Source of the DNA: the human T2T-CHM13v2.0 reference genome, Homo sapiens
Strand: one strand, 5' to 3'
Assembly: GCF_009914755.1 (NCBI RefSeq)
Contig: NC_060930.1
Length of the DNA: 64,000 bases
Shown here: piece by piece, positions 29,920-43,600 of the stretch
Numbering within the stretch: position 1 is the first letter of the stretch
Layout: every line of letters starts with the position of its first letter
The notes under the pieces: generated by a model
What the model was told of the DNA's origin: nothing
Databases searched by the model: none
What the model saw: only the letters and a program-made list of their open reading frames with translations
Program-made: the position numbers and the translations under genes

Positions 29920-30293
29920 TTTTAAAAATTGACATAAAATTATATGTAATTAGGGTGCGAAACATAAAATTTTGATATATGCATACATTGTAGTATGACT
30001 AAAAGCTAATTAATATACTCCTTATGTCATATACTTATCATTTTTGTGTGAAAAGTGTTTAAAATTCACACTTTTAATAATTTTGAAGTATACAATACAT
30101 TGTTTTATTAACTGTAATCACCATGTTGTACAACATATCTCCTCAACTCATTCCTCCTGTCAAACTGAGATTTTATATCCTTTGACCAACATCTGTCTAA
30201 TCCACCTCTCTGTCCCCAGCCCGTGGTAACCTCCATTCTCCTCTGCTTCTATGAGTTCATCTTTCAGATTTACATATAAATGAGATCATGCAG
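29920..30293 (-). mobile_element. L1MA/MB 3'UTR fragment
   Basis: ttttgaagtatacaatacattg...gtcaaactgagattttatatcctttgaccaaca...aaatgagatcatgcagt. Confidence 0.8.
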
Positions 30294-30606
30294 TCAGATA
30301 CCCACTTGTGCAGCCAGATAGGGTCCAGGGAAATAATCCGAACTCATTTTATGTTGCCCTCTATCCTCTGTTCTAACTTTTTCTTTATCCTCTGTGCCAT
30401 TCCTCAACTTATTTACATCAGGTATCCTAATGTACTTAGTATCTTGCCCAGTGCCTCTGCAACCCAGCTTCCAGCAAACATAATCTTGAGAAAGATTCAG
30501 AGAAATTCATCCAATCTAAATGAAGCCAGTACAATGTCTGGCCACATTAGGCTTTCGATAAACATTGAATGCATGCATGAGATGTAAATGCTAATAATGC
30601 TTCTTC

Positions 30607-31180
30607 TGTCTATTGATTGTTGGGTAGCAAACTACCACAACACTGAGTAGAAAAAGAACCATTTTAATATGCTCACAGATTCTGAGGCTCAAGAATTCAG
30701 TAAGGTACGAAAGGACAGCTCTTCTCTTCTCCATATGTTTGGGGCTTCAGCTGAGATGACTCAAAATAGCTGGGTGACTCCAGTGGCAGAGCTGGGACAG
30801 CTGGGACTTGGCGGTGCCCCCTGAAGATGATGCTTGCCTCCCCTCACATGTCTGGTATGTGACTTGGGATGACTGAGGGTCAGGTTCACCTGGGATGGCC
30901 AACAAGAGTGCCTACATACGGCTTCTCCAGTATGGTGGCCTCAGGGTGGCAGCATTTCTTACACAGCAACTCCAAGGTGCTCTAAGAGTGACTGTTCTCT
31001 GAGTCCAAAGTGGATGTTGCAGGGTCTCTTATTATCTAGTCTTGGGACTCACATAGCATCATATCCAACATACTTTATTGGTTAAAGCAGTCAAAGTGTT
31101 TATCATAACTTAAGAAGGGCCAGAGACCCCTTCTCAATGAGAAGAGTATCCGCAAATTTCTGCCTGTGGTTAAAACAATC
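30607..31180 (-). mobile_element. MLT1 (G/H-like) MaLR LTR
   Basis: gctcacagattctgaggctcaagaattcag; ggggcttcagctgagatgactc; catactttattggttaaagcagtc. Confidence 0.72.
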
Positions 31181-31732
31181 ATGATGCTTAATCAGTTGCC
31201 TAAGATGGTTTGCCTCTTTACAGAAGACAGGAAGTGAAAAAAGCAAATAGAGAATAGTAGAATTTCAGGCATCTGCAAGCAGGTAGAAAAAGTAATTTTA
31301 GGGAAGGGACTGTTTTAGTGATGCATAAATGACTCAAGAAAATGTCAAGATGACTCTCTTTAGGATTTTAGTATGGTTTTACCTATTGAACTTTTCCGGA
31401 ATAACGAAAGTATTGTAATACCAACTTCTCTGTTTCTTTATGCATTTTTAAATGTTTCTTCAGGAAGTAGAGGAGGAGACAGGAAAGAAACTAACTTTGA
31501 TTGAATTCCTCCTGTGTTCCAAGAACCCAAGGAGTGCTTTTGCAGTTTATGTGTGTGTTAATCAATGCTGCCAATAACTCCAGCACAGAATCTGAACAAG
31601 AATGTATGGAGTAAGCTTACACATACCGTCAAATATCTTTAGGAAAATAATGAAGTTAAAATGTCTTTGGATTTAATGAAAAAAAAAAACAAGTTATAAT
31701 CTAAAATGTGTATACATATGTACATTATTTGG

Positions 31733-31781
31733 GGCCAGGAGCAGTGGCTCATGCCTGTAATCCCAGCACTTTGGGAGGCTG
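31733..31781 (+). mobile_element. Alu 5' stub (49 bp)
   Basis: ggccaggagcagtggctcatgcctgtaatcccagcactttgggaggctg, then an abrupt switch to Tigger sequence. Confidence 0.9.
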
Positions 31782-32295
31782 GGTCTACACAGGGTCAGGA
31801 TCATAAATATCACTCACTTTTGCTCATCTTGTCCCACAGGAAGGTCTTCAGGGGCAATAACACTCATGGAACTGTCATCTTCTGTGATAACAATGCCTTC
31901 TTTTGGAACACCTTCTGAAGGATTTTCCTGAGGCTGTTTTGCAGTTAATCTTTCTTATTTCTTTTAAATAAGCAGGAGTACAATCTAAAATAATGACAAA
32001 AAGGATAGTATAGTGAATACATAAACCAGTAACATAGTCATTTATTATGATTATCAAGGATTATGTATTATACTTAATTGTATCTTCTGGACTTTTTAAA
32101 GGCTAGTAGTACAATAGTTTGTTTACATGGGCATCACCAGAAACATGTGAGTAATGTGTTGTGTGACTGTGTCACTAGGTGATGTCACTAGTCACTAGGC
32201 GACAGGAATTTTTCAGCTCCATTATACCCTTACGGGACCATCGTCATATATGCAGTCTGTTGTTGACTGAAATGTCATTATGTGGCACATGACTA
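31782..32295. mobile_element. Tigger3b (Golem/MER7-type) fragment with one terminal inverted repeat
   Basis: Internal ctacacagggtcaggatcat...ggaaggtcttcaggggcaataacac. Terminus gttgactgaaatgtcattatgtggcacatgacta followed by TA. Confidence 0.85.
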
Positions 32296-32349
32296 TAAAC
32301 CAGTGGTCACACTGTAGGATTTTTCTTCAAATTGACTAGGCTATCCCCT

Positions 32350-32870
32350 AGTCAGGAGACTACAAGCCTGTGAACTCTCTCAGGGAAGAAGGAAAACCCT
32401 TGAGTCTCCACTTGGATGCTTCAAGTAAGGTCTCTTCCTAGCAGACCTAGAATTTTTCCATTTATGTATCTTCATAGACTGGTCAAGCAGCATCTTCATA
32501 GACTGGTCAACTATTTCACTTCTACAGACCCAGAGATTAACTTGCCACCACCACATATTTCTCAGGTCAAACAGTCTTATTACTTTCTAACACTAGAGTT
32601 GATTATGGTTATTTTTCACACTTCGTCTCTGACAAAGCACCATCCTTGGCCTCTTTTACATAGGAATCTTGTCATTACCACTGATATCAGGGAAGCCAGC
32701 TCCATTGTAGCATCCTTCAGCATCATCTTTAGTACACAGAGAATGGCTACTGCAGAGTTCTTCCAGGTGCTGTTGCCTTCACCTATTGTGTTAAAGGAAT
32801 GCTTGGTTAAGGAAATAGCCTTCAGGAACTCTCAGATAGGTATGGTTAAGTGCTAGCAGTGGTATAGGAA
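32350..32870 (-). mobile_element. ERVL internal (gag-like) fragment, degenerate
   Basis: Minus strand reads agcacctggaagaactctgcagtagccattctctgt...gatgctacaatggagctggcttccctgatatcagtgg...gaaatagttgaccagtct...aattctaggtc, resembling recalled ERVL-int gag. Confidence 0.6.
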
Positions 32871-34442
32871 AATACTGAGTCAACATTGTACATTTCTAAG
32901 GAGAGCTAGTGAGCAGTTATACAAGAAAGTTATACTTGTTATCAGTTTTCAACCTCCTTCCACTGCAGAGTTTATAAAGATTAACAAGAATTTAGCAACT
33001 ATTTATTGAACACTTACTGTGTACCAAGCACTGTGCCATGTGCTGGAGATTACAAATAGAATAAAATGTGGCTCCTACATCGTGAGTCTCATGAGGGGCT
33101 TATTTGCTATATTGTGGATTCTGCAGATCATAGAATGTGTAAAATCGGTTGGCCCCAACATAGTTAACAATTTAAGGACATCACTTCTTTCTTTTCTCAT
33201 AATGTGTGAAACTTACAAGGTGAGAGTTTTTTTTCTCCCTCATCGCTATGTTTTATTTCTCCTTTTCTTTGGTGTCATGCTGGCTTTTATCAAATTATTA
33301 AGAACCACTGTTTGAACTTGCAATTATGACACTGTTAAATGCCATTAGCTCATCTTGTTTTTAACTACCTAAACCAATAAATCTGACATAGTCTGTGGAT
33401 CTAGGAACTTGTAAAATCTCTTTATTTCTATGGATTTGAAATTCAAAAAACATAAAAAAAAACACCTTTCTAAATGTCTTTGCATTTGCCTTCTAGTTCC
33501 CTAGCAACTGTGAGGTAGACAGATGGCAGGATGGCCTCAGTTTGGGGCCATGTTCATATGATCATAAATCAATTATTTTTTAAAAATAAAAAATATTTCT
33601 TGAGAGCTATACCTAGTGATAGAAACTAAAGGATGCTTTTTTCTTCTTTGTATATAACCTTAATGCTTTTCTGTAGGTGTTCTGATTACTTCCCAAATAG
33701 CCACTAATATGTCTATATTTTTGTTCTAAATTCTTTGTCTGATATACTGACTTTAGTTAAGAGAAAATAAAAGTAATAAGGATAGATAATTTTCTTTCAT
33801 CAATAATATCTATACCTTTTTTCTGAGAATCGCTATAGCTAGAATTGAAAGCAAATATCACAGGCTCTCTTTAGCACTTCGAATGGTAACTGATAACATG
33901 ACTTAATTTGTATCTTATTCTCTGTCTCTGTCTCTCTTTTTCCTCTTCATCTCAGAGACCATCTGGCAGGAAATATTGTTAAATTGCCACATCCTCATGT
34001 TATTTATAGTAAAGCTCTAACCTGTAGTCATCTGGCTTGGTATTTGATAAGTAAATTCCAATTTTGAGACTTCCAGGAAAAAAATAACCAATTTCTCTAA
34101 TAAAAATTTTACCTCTTACATATCAAATGCTCTTGCTTTCATATCATTGCCTTTTATGGACTTAAGTTAAATCTATCTTGAAACCCAGCCATGAAATGTC
34201 AGCAATGATTTTAAATTCTGGACAATGTCTGACTTTCCCTTTCCTGATGCAATGACCCTTGGGCTCCTGGACTAATTTTACTGGTGGAAGAATTTTTGGG
34301 GAAGGGATGTTAAAAAAATGAGGAAGGAAAATAATTAGGTAATATTTCAAAATAATATACTACTACATAAACCCATGCCTTATAATGTTGGGATAGAAAG
34401 TAGAATATAATATTACTCTATATAAAGGAATCTTGGGGCCTC

Positions 34443-35860
<1,418 letters not shown>

Positions 35861-36235
35861 TAATGTGGTGTGCCATATTTACTGATTTGCATATATTAAA
35901 CCATCCTTGCATCCATGGGATGAATCTGACTTTGTCATTGTAAATGATCTTTTAAATGTGCTCCTGGATTCAGTTTACTAGTATCTTGTTGAGAATTTTT
36001 ACATCTATGTTCATCAGGAATATTGGCCTATAGTTTTCTTTTTGTTGTTGTTGAGTCCTTATCCAGTTTTGAAATCAACATAAATCTGGCCTGATAAAAT
36101 GAGTTTGGAAGTTTTCCTTCCTCTTCAATTTTCTGGAATAGTTTGAGAAGCACTGGTAGTAGTTCTTCTTTAGAACTAATTAAGCAGTGAAGTTATCAGA
36201 TCCTTGGTTTTTCTTTGATTCGAGACTTTTTATTA

Positions 36236-37108
36236 TTTTTATTTTTATTTTTTAGCTGCACCAAAGGCATATCCTAGCTTTATTAAAGGTCCTGCGCCAC
36301 AGAGTCAACATAAAAACACAAAAAGTCTCATCGGTTTAATAACAATGAAGAACCCCAAAAATGGAAAACGAAGGGGGCAGGGGAAGAGACCTGCTCATGG
36401 CACTGAGCCTGGCCACAGGGTCCGCTGGTATTGCTCTTGCTATGAGGTCGGGGGGACAGTGATTGTCCTGAGCCACCATTCACCTGGGTCAAGGACCCTC
36501 ACTTCTTCTGGGGTGTGCTCAGCTTCTGCATGCCCCGGATCTTGTCCAGCAGGTCAGGGATGAAGGCCTCGGTGGGTTTGTAACAGTCAACCAGCAGCTC
36601 CTCGACCCTGGCAGCCTGGGCATCCTCACTCTCCATGTCCAGGAGTTCATCCACGTCAATCTCCAGTTCTGGGATCTCCTTTTCCTGGCAGTCGGGGAGT
36701 TGTGTCAGCTGCTCCATGATCCACTCCTCCAGGTTGAGGCACTTTGTAGCTCCTTGTGGTAATACTTGATGGTGACCTTCCCTTGGCGCCTCACTGGGCC
36801 CTTATCGTCTGTGCCGCCCGGGCCTCCTCCTGCGGCCCTGGGGGGTGGGCTCTGAAAGTAAACACGTGGTCCTGAGCCACCACTGCCCCGCCCTGGGGCC
36901 AGGGCCGCCGTCTGCCATGGCGGCTGCCAGGGCCATGTACGTGCATCAGTCCCCTCACTGTGTCTGGACGCCAGCTGCCTGGCTCCTGGTGGCTGGCCCG
37001 GGTTAGCCTGCTGGCTCCGCTCTGCGCAGCTCCACGGAGATTACAGTGGGGGTGCTGGGGGACAGCTGCAGCATGCGGAGCCCCCAGGTCTGCCCTTGCT
37101 GCGCCCCT
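36236..37108 (-). pseudogene. PPP1R14B (processed pseudogene): Processed pseudogene of PPP1R14B (PHI-1, PP1 regulatory inhibitor subunit 14B)
   Basis: ORF 36499-36717 (EQLTQLPDCQEKEIPELEIDVDELLDMESEDAQAARVEELLVDCYKPTEAFIPDLLDKIRGMQKLSTPQKK) matches the PPP1R14B C-terminus. Upstream out-of-frame GPVRRQGKVTIKY; ancestral ATG at 36918. No introns, both UTRs present, AATAAA at 36279-36284 (-), decayed poly(A) at 36236-36253, exact 12-bp TSD gactttttatta (36224-36235 / 37109-37120). Confidence 0.96.
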
Positions 37109-37399
37109 GACTTTTTATTACAGAATCAATTTTCTCACTCTTTGGTCTGTTCAGATTTTCTATTTTTTTGATAATTTAATCTGAGTATGTTGTAATCCAG
37201 GAACTTATCCATTTCTTCTATGTTATCAAATTTGTTGGAGTATAGTTGTTCACAATAATTCCTTATGTGTCTTTGTATTTCTGTGGTATCAATTGTAATG
37301 TCTAATTTTTAATCTTTTATTTTTTTGGGGTATTTTTTTCTCAGTCTAGTTAAAGTTTCTCAATTTTGTTTTTTTAAACAAACATTTCTTTTTGTTGAT

Positions 37400-38235
<836 letters not shown>

Positions 38236-41200
38236 AAAGTGGGCTGTTGAAGTCCCCTACTATAATTGCATCTCAGTTTCTCTCTCCTTTTAGGTCTAAT
38301 AATATTTGCTTTATATATATGGGTGCTCCAGTTTGGGTGCATATATATTTATAATTGTTATATCATCTTGTTGAACTGATCTCCTTATCATTAAAGAATA
38401 ACCTTTGCCTCTTTTTACTATATGTTACTGAAATTCTATTTTATCATATATAAATATGACTATTCCTTCTTGCTTTTAATTTGTGTTTGTATGGGATCTT
38501 CTTCCACCCCTTTATTTTTAGTCTGTTTGTCTTTACTGCTAAGGTGAGTCTCTTGCAGGCAGAATATAGTTGGGTCTAGTTTTTTTTATTCATGCAGCTA
38601 CTCTATATTTTTTAATTGAAGAATTTAAACCATTTACATTAAAGATTATTGTTAGATAAGAACTTACTCCTGCCATTTTGTTAATTGTTTTATTGTTGTT
38701 TAATAGATTCTTTACTCCCACTTTTTATTTTGTTGTATACCTTTGTGGTTTGGTGTGAAGCTTTCTCCTTCCTCTTTCTTGTTTATTTGCTATAATTGCT
38801 TTCTTTGTGGTTATCACTGGGCTAACATAAAGAGTCTTGCCAAAATAGACTATTTTAAGCTGATAGCAACTTAACCTTGGTCACATAAAAATTCTCTGGA
38901 CATTTTCCTCCTTTCAATTTAAATTTTAATTGCCTAATTTTTCTCTCTATTATATGTTCCCTAGCCACTAATTGTAACTGTTGTTGTCGTTGACCACTTT
39001 TACTTCAAACCTTTATATCAGAGAATTGAGAGATTTATATAGCACCATTATATCACTGTGATATTCTGAGTTTGATTTATGAACTGGTTGCTACTGGTGA
39101 GCTTTATACCTTCACGTGTTTTCATGGTAGTAATTATTGTCCTTCCATTTTCAGTTGTAGCACTCCCTTAAGCATTTCTTGTAGGGTTAGTCTAATGGTG
39201 ATGAATTCTCTCAGGCTTTGTTTTTCTGTAAAGGTCTTTATTTCTCTTTTATTTCTGAATAGTTGTGTTGGATATAGTATTCTTGACTGAAAGAATTTAT
39301 TTGTTAAACTCTCTTTTACTACATCATTCACTCTCTTGGCCTGCAAGTTTTCTGCTAAGAAATCTGCTAATAGTCTCACGGAGATCCCCTTCTATATCAC
39401 TTGATGCTTTTCCCTTGCAGCTTTTAGAATTATCTCTTTGTCTTTGACTTTCGACAGTTTGATTATAATATGCCTCAGAGAGGATTTTTTGGAAGTTGAA
39501 TCTAATTGAGGAGCTTTGAGTTTCTAGAATCTGGATGTTTGTATATCTTCCAATATGTGGGAAGTTTTCAGCTATTATTTCATTAAATAGGTTTTCTGTG
39601 ACTTTCTTTATTTCTTCTCCCTCTAAAACTACTATAATGAGAAAGTTTGTGTGATTAAGGGTATCCCATAAGCCCCATAGGCTTTTTAAATTCTCTTCTA
39701 TTCTTATTTTATGTTGTCCCTTCTGAGTTATTTCAAATGATCTGTTTAAGTTCAGAAATTCATTATTCTGTTTAGTCTGTTGCTAAAGCTCTCAATTGTA
39801 GTTTTTATTTCATTAACTGATTTTTTTCAGCTCTGATGTTTCTGTTTGGTTCTTTTTTCATGTAATATCTATCTCTTTGTTAAAATTCTCATTCAGATAA
39901 TGAATTGCTTTTCTGATTGCATTGAAATATTTGTATTCTCTTGTATCTCACTGAGTTTTATTAAGATCATTAATTTGAAATTTTTCAGGCATTTTGTTAA
40001 TATCCTTTTTTTTGGAGTCTGCTACTAAGGATTTACTGTGTTTATTTGTTTTGGGGGGCTGTCATGCATGCTTCCTTGGTTCTTCATATTTCTTATGTCC
40101 CTACATTGATCCGTGTATCTAGTAGAATAGTTTCTTTTTCCAATTTGTGAATTAATTGTCCTAGGGATAGACTTCTTCCTGTAGACACTTTCTAGAGTTT
40201 TAGTGAGGTACGGTGCATTGACTTTGGTTTTGGGTGAGTCAGTAACATGGACTCCATGAAGTTTCTTCAGCTGTAATCACTGTCAGTAATTTCTGTGATT
40301 GCCTTACTGGTCTAGGCTGCATGAGTTTATGATGGTGTTGGTGTAGTTTTGCTGTAGGTGGGAGTGCTGAGCTGGTTGTTGGGTTGGGTATGTGTAGGCA
40401 CAATGGGCCAAGAGGCTCTGTCAGGCTTTCCAGGGAGGTGGAGTTCATTACTGGGATAGCTGTGAGACTGAGCTGAGCCATGTGTAGACACGGCAAGGCT
40501 GGGAGGTCCTACGGTAGTCTGTCTAGGGGTGGGCCACTCTCAGACAAGCTATTGTGCCAGGCATGGGTTTGTGTGAGTACAGCGAGGTGGGAAGTCCTGT
40601 GGCTATCTGCCTGTAGAGGCAGCATTGCTGCGGGACCAGCTACTGGGTTAAGTGAAGGTTCATGCTGGTGTAGTGGAACCTGAAGTTTTGCAGCAGTATG
40701 TGTGCAAGGATGGCTCTTCCACCATACCAGCTGTCAGGCCAAGAATGGATTCAGTGTGAGTGTAGTGGAGCGGAGGGCTTGCAACAGCCTGTCAGGGAAG
40801 CAGAGCCGCTGCAGAACTGGCAGTCAGGTTAGGTGTGGGTGCACATGAACTTGCCGTCCAGCCAGGTGTACAACATGAGTTCATGTGGGCAGGGCATTGA
40901 GCTAGCTGCATGGTAGTATTCTCACTGCACAGGTATACCTGTTCCCTTAGGGGTGATGTGCTGTATGGACTTGAGCACCAGAGTCTTGGTTGTTCATATG
41001 GTCTGGAATCCAGGTAGCCACGGTTGTGGTACTACAGGCACCCATGTGAATGTGACAGAATGATCATGGAGCCTCAGGGATGGAGAGAGTCCATTGCTAC
41101 AACCTCCCAGGACAGGACACACTCTAGCCACTCTAGCAGTTAGCCATCCTTAACAGCCTAGGGGCTCAGTGTAGGCTCCTACTCTGCAGCAGTGTACTTG

Positions 41201-42939
41201 TGTGAAATTTTGGATACTCTTCAAATTGGATTTAGGGCCTATGAGGACTGGGGGATTCTCCTGTAGCAAGGATTGCTGGCATTTGTGGCAGCAATAGGGA
41301 CTGCTGGGGATATCCAACTTACATTTTCCCTGTAAGAAGCTACCCTGACTGCAAACCAGTCCTGGTGAAGGAGACAGTGTGGCAGAGGCAGAATATCTCA
41401 CTTCCTTCCTGATGGTTCTGTCCTGGGCTTCTGTGCTCCACAGGGATTTTGCTATTTCCCTGGTGCTTTTCAGCATACTTCCTAAGTCTCACTAGTCAAA
41501 ACATTTTTATTTATTTTGTTGTTTTGGTCTGTTTTTCTTGGTGGGAGGTGTCAGGTAACTCTAACATCACTCCTCCCATTTCATTTTTGATTTACATAGA
41601 GTTGTTACAATGTCCTAACTGATATTTACCCTCTTCCTATTCTCTTCAGTGTTAAAGGTTTATCCTTTAGTATCATTTTATTGGGGTCTCTAGGGGGAGA
41701 AAAGAATTATGTTCAGCTCAGTTGCCATCTCAAACCAGAACTTTTTTTCACTTTTTCCAATTTTAAATTAAAAGGAATTATCTGCTCTTGGGTTTCCATA
41801 TAGATTATGAAACATTTACTTATTAAACATGCTAATTATTTTGGGGGGAAAATAGTGAATTATAGTTCCATGTCATATGCCTCTGCCATAGAATTAGGTG
41901 ATCTCCATCGCTAAGTCTAAAACTTGTATGTCTTTAAATATTGGTAATTGGCAAACATATAAATATATCACTAAACTCTTCTTTATCTATTTCCTCTTGT
42001 GACTGTAATTTAATTTATTAAAATGTTACAACACAAAAATCTCCACAAAAACATGCAAAATGACAAATGTGTAATATCTTAATGCTATGTGGATCCAGAT
42101 GTATCTAAGACACAAAGAGCTAATGAGAGGTAATAAACATTTATCTCCAGTTAAAGGGCTAATATTGGACAAAACTTAGAAGGTTCAATTCAAATAAGCG
42201 TTCAAGTGCTTGGCTGCTGATCCCAAACTTTATCTGAACCCTCTGAACCTCTCAAGTCTTGAAAACTGGGCTGGACATCTTATGAGAACAACTTCATCTA
42301 GGGTATTTGGGTATGTTTGCTTCCAGCTGGAACCCAAAACTGCAGAGAGAGGCACAAATGAAGAAAAATTGAGGGAAACTCTGAAGTTTCTCAAACCTCA
42401 GAAAGAGACTTTGATTAAATTTGGAGGAAAGGTTAGCGATTAAGAGCAGTTTCTATTTTAGCTGGCTGCATTCATCTACCTTTAAAAATTATATTTTAAT
42501 CTTCCAAATGAGAGGTCATTAATATTAGTTTGTTTTCGGTTGGGCAATATAGTGAAACATTCTTTAAAACAGTGAATTTCTGCTTGTTTTACATGTCTCA
42601 AGTAAGAATTTGACAGCAGATAATTGCTCCAGAACGGCAGAGTGCATATTACTGATCATTAACACGTGCCTAGGTGTGGTTTTAGGCACCAAACCAAATG
42701 GAGCCTTATGTCAAGTTAAAGGAACACCATTAAGATATAGTCCATTGTAAGCATGGAGAGTAAACAGGAGTAAACTACTTTCTATTGTATTTTCTTTATC
42801 AATTCTGTGAGGAGAACATATATTCAAAATATATTTTATTTATTTTCTCTTTCTTTTTTTCAGTTTTATTTCACTTTAAATATGCCAATTATACTTGAGG
42901 AATCATGGTCATAAAAATATGTATATATAGAAAACTGAT

Positions 42940-43600
42940 ATTTGTTAATTGCCTGCTGTGTACTAACTATGTGTGTATAATCTCACAGCAACTCTAAGAG
43001 GTAAATATTATTCTACAAATTTCACAAGGACGGAGGTTCAGAGGTTATTGATTTGCTTAAGCTTGCACAGTTAGTGTGATGGCTAATTTTATGTGTCAAT
43101 TTAGCTGGGCCATGGAGCACAGATATTTGGTCAAGCATTATTCTGAATATTTCTGTGAAATTCACTTTTAAATCAATAGATATTGAGTAAAAGAGATTGC
43201 TCTCTGTATTGTGAGTGGGTCTCCACCAATCAGTTGGAAGTCCTGAAGAGAGCAAAAACTTAACCATCCCTAAGCAAGAGGGAATTCTCCCAGCAGACTG
43301 CATTTGGACTTTCTCTGCAACACTGGATCTTCTTGGTTCTACAGCAGAATTGCCTTTGGTCTTAAACTGCAACTCTTTCCTGTATCTCTAGCCTGCCTGC
43401 CTCCTTGTTGATTTTGGATTCATCAAGCCAAAATCATATATAGTCATATAATCCCATTCTTTTAAATAAATCTCTTTCTATATATATGTGCATGTATCCT
43501 ATTGGCTCATGTTCCTCTGGAGAACATAGATGAATACAGCTAGTAAATGGGAAAGTCAAGGTTCAGATCTAGTTCTGTTGATTTCAGAGCACTACACCAA
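42940..43600 (-). mobile_element. MIR split by an MLT2 insertion
   Basis: taatctcacagcaactctaagaggtaaatatta...gcttgcacag|ctagtaaatgggaaagtcaaggttcagatctag reads continuously once the LTR is removed. Confidence 0.75.
43075..43538 (+). mobile_element. MLT2 (ERVL) solo LTR
   Basis: tgtgatggctaattttatgtgtcaatttagctgggcca ... ctctggagaacatagatgaataca. 5-bp TSD gttag / gctag. Confidence 0.9.

Noticed and set aside
32416-32856. 146-aa ORF on the + strand
   Set aside because: It is antisense to a degenerate ERVL internal fragment and resembles no protein I recognise. Its repeated LHRLV comes from a 19-bp local duplication (32468-32486 / 32492-32510).
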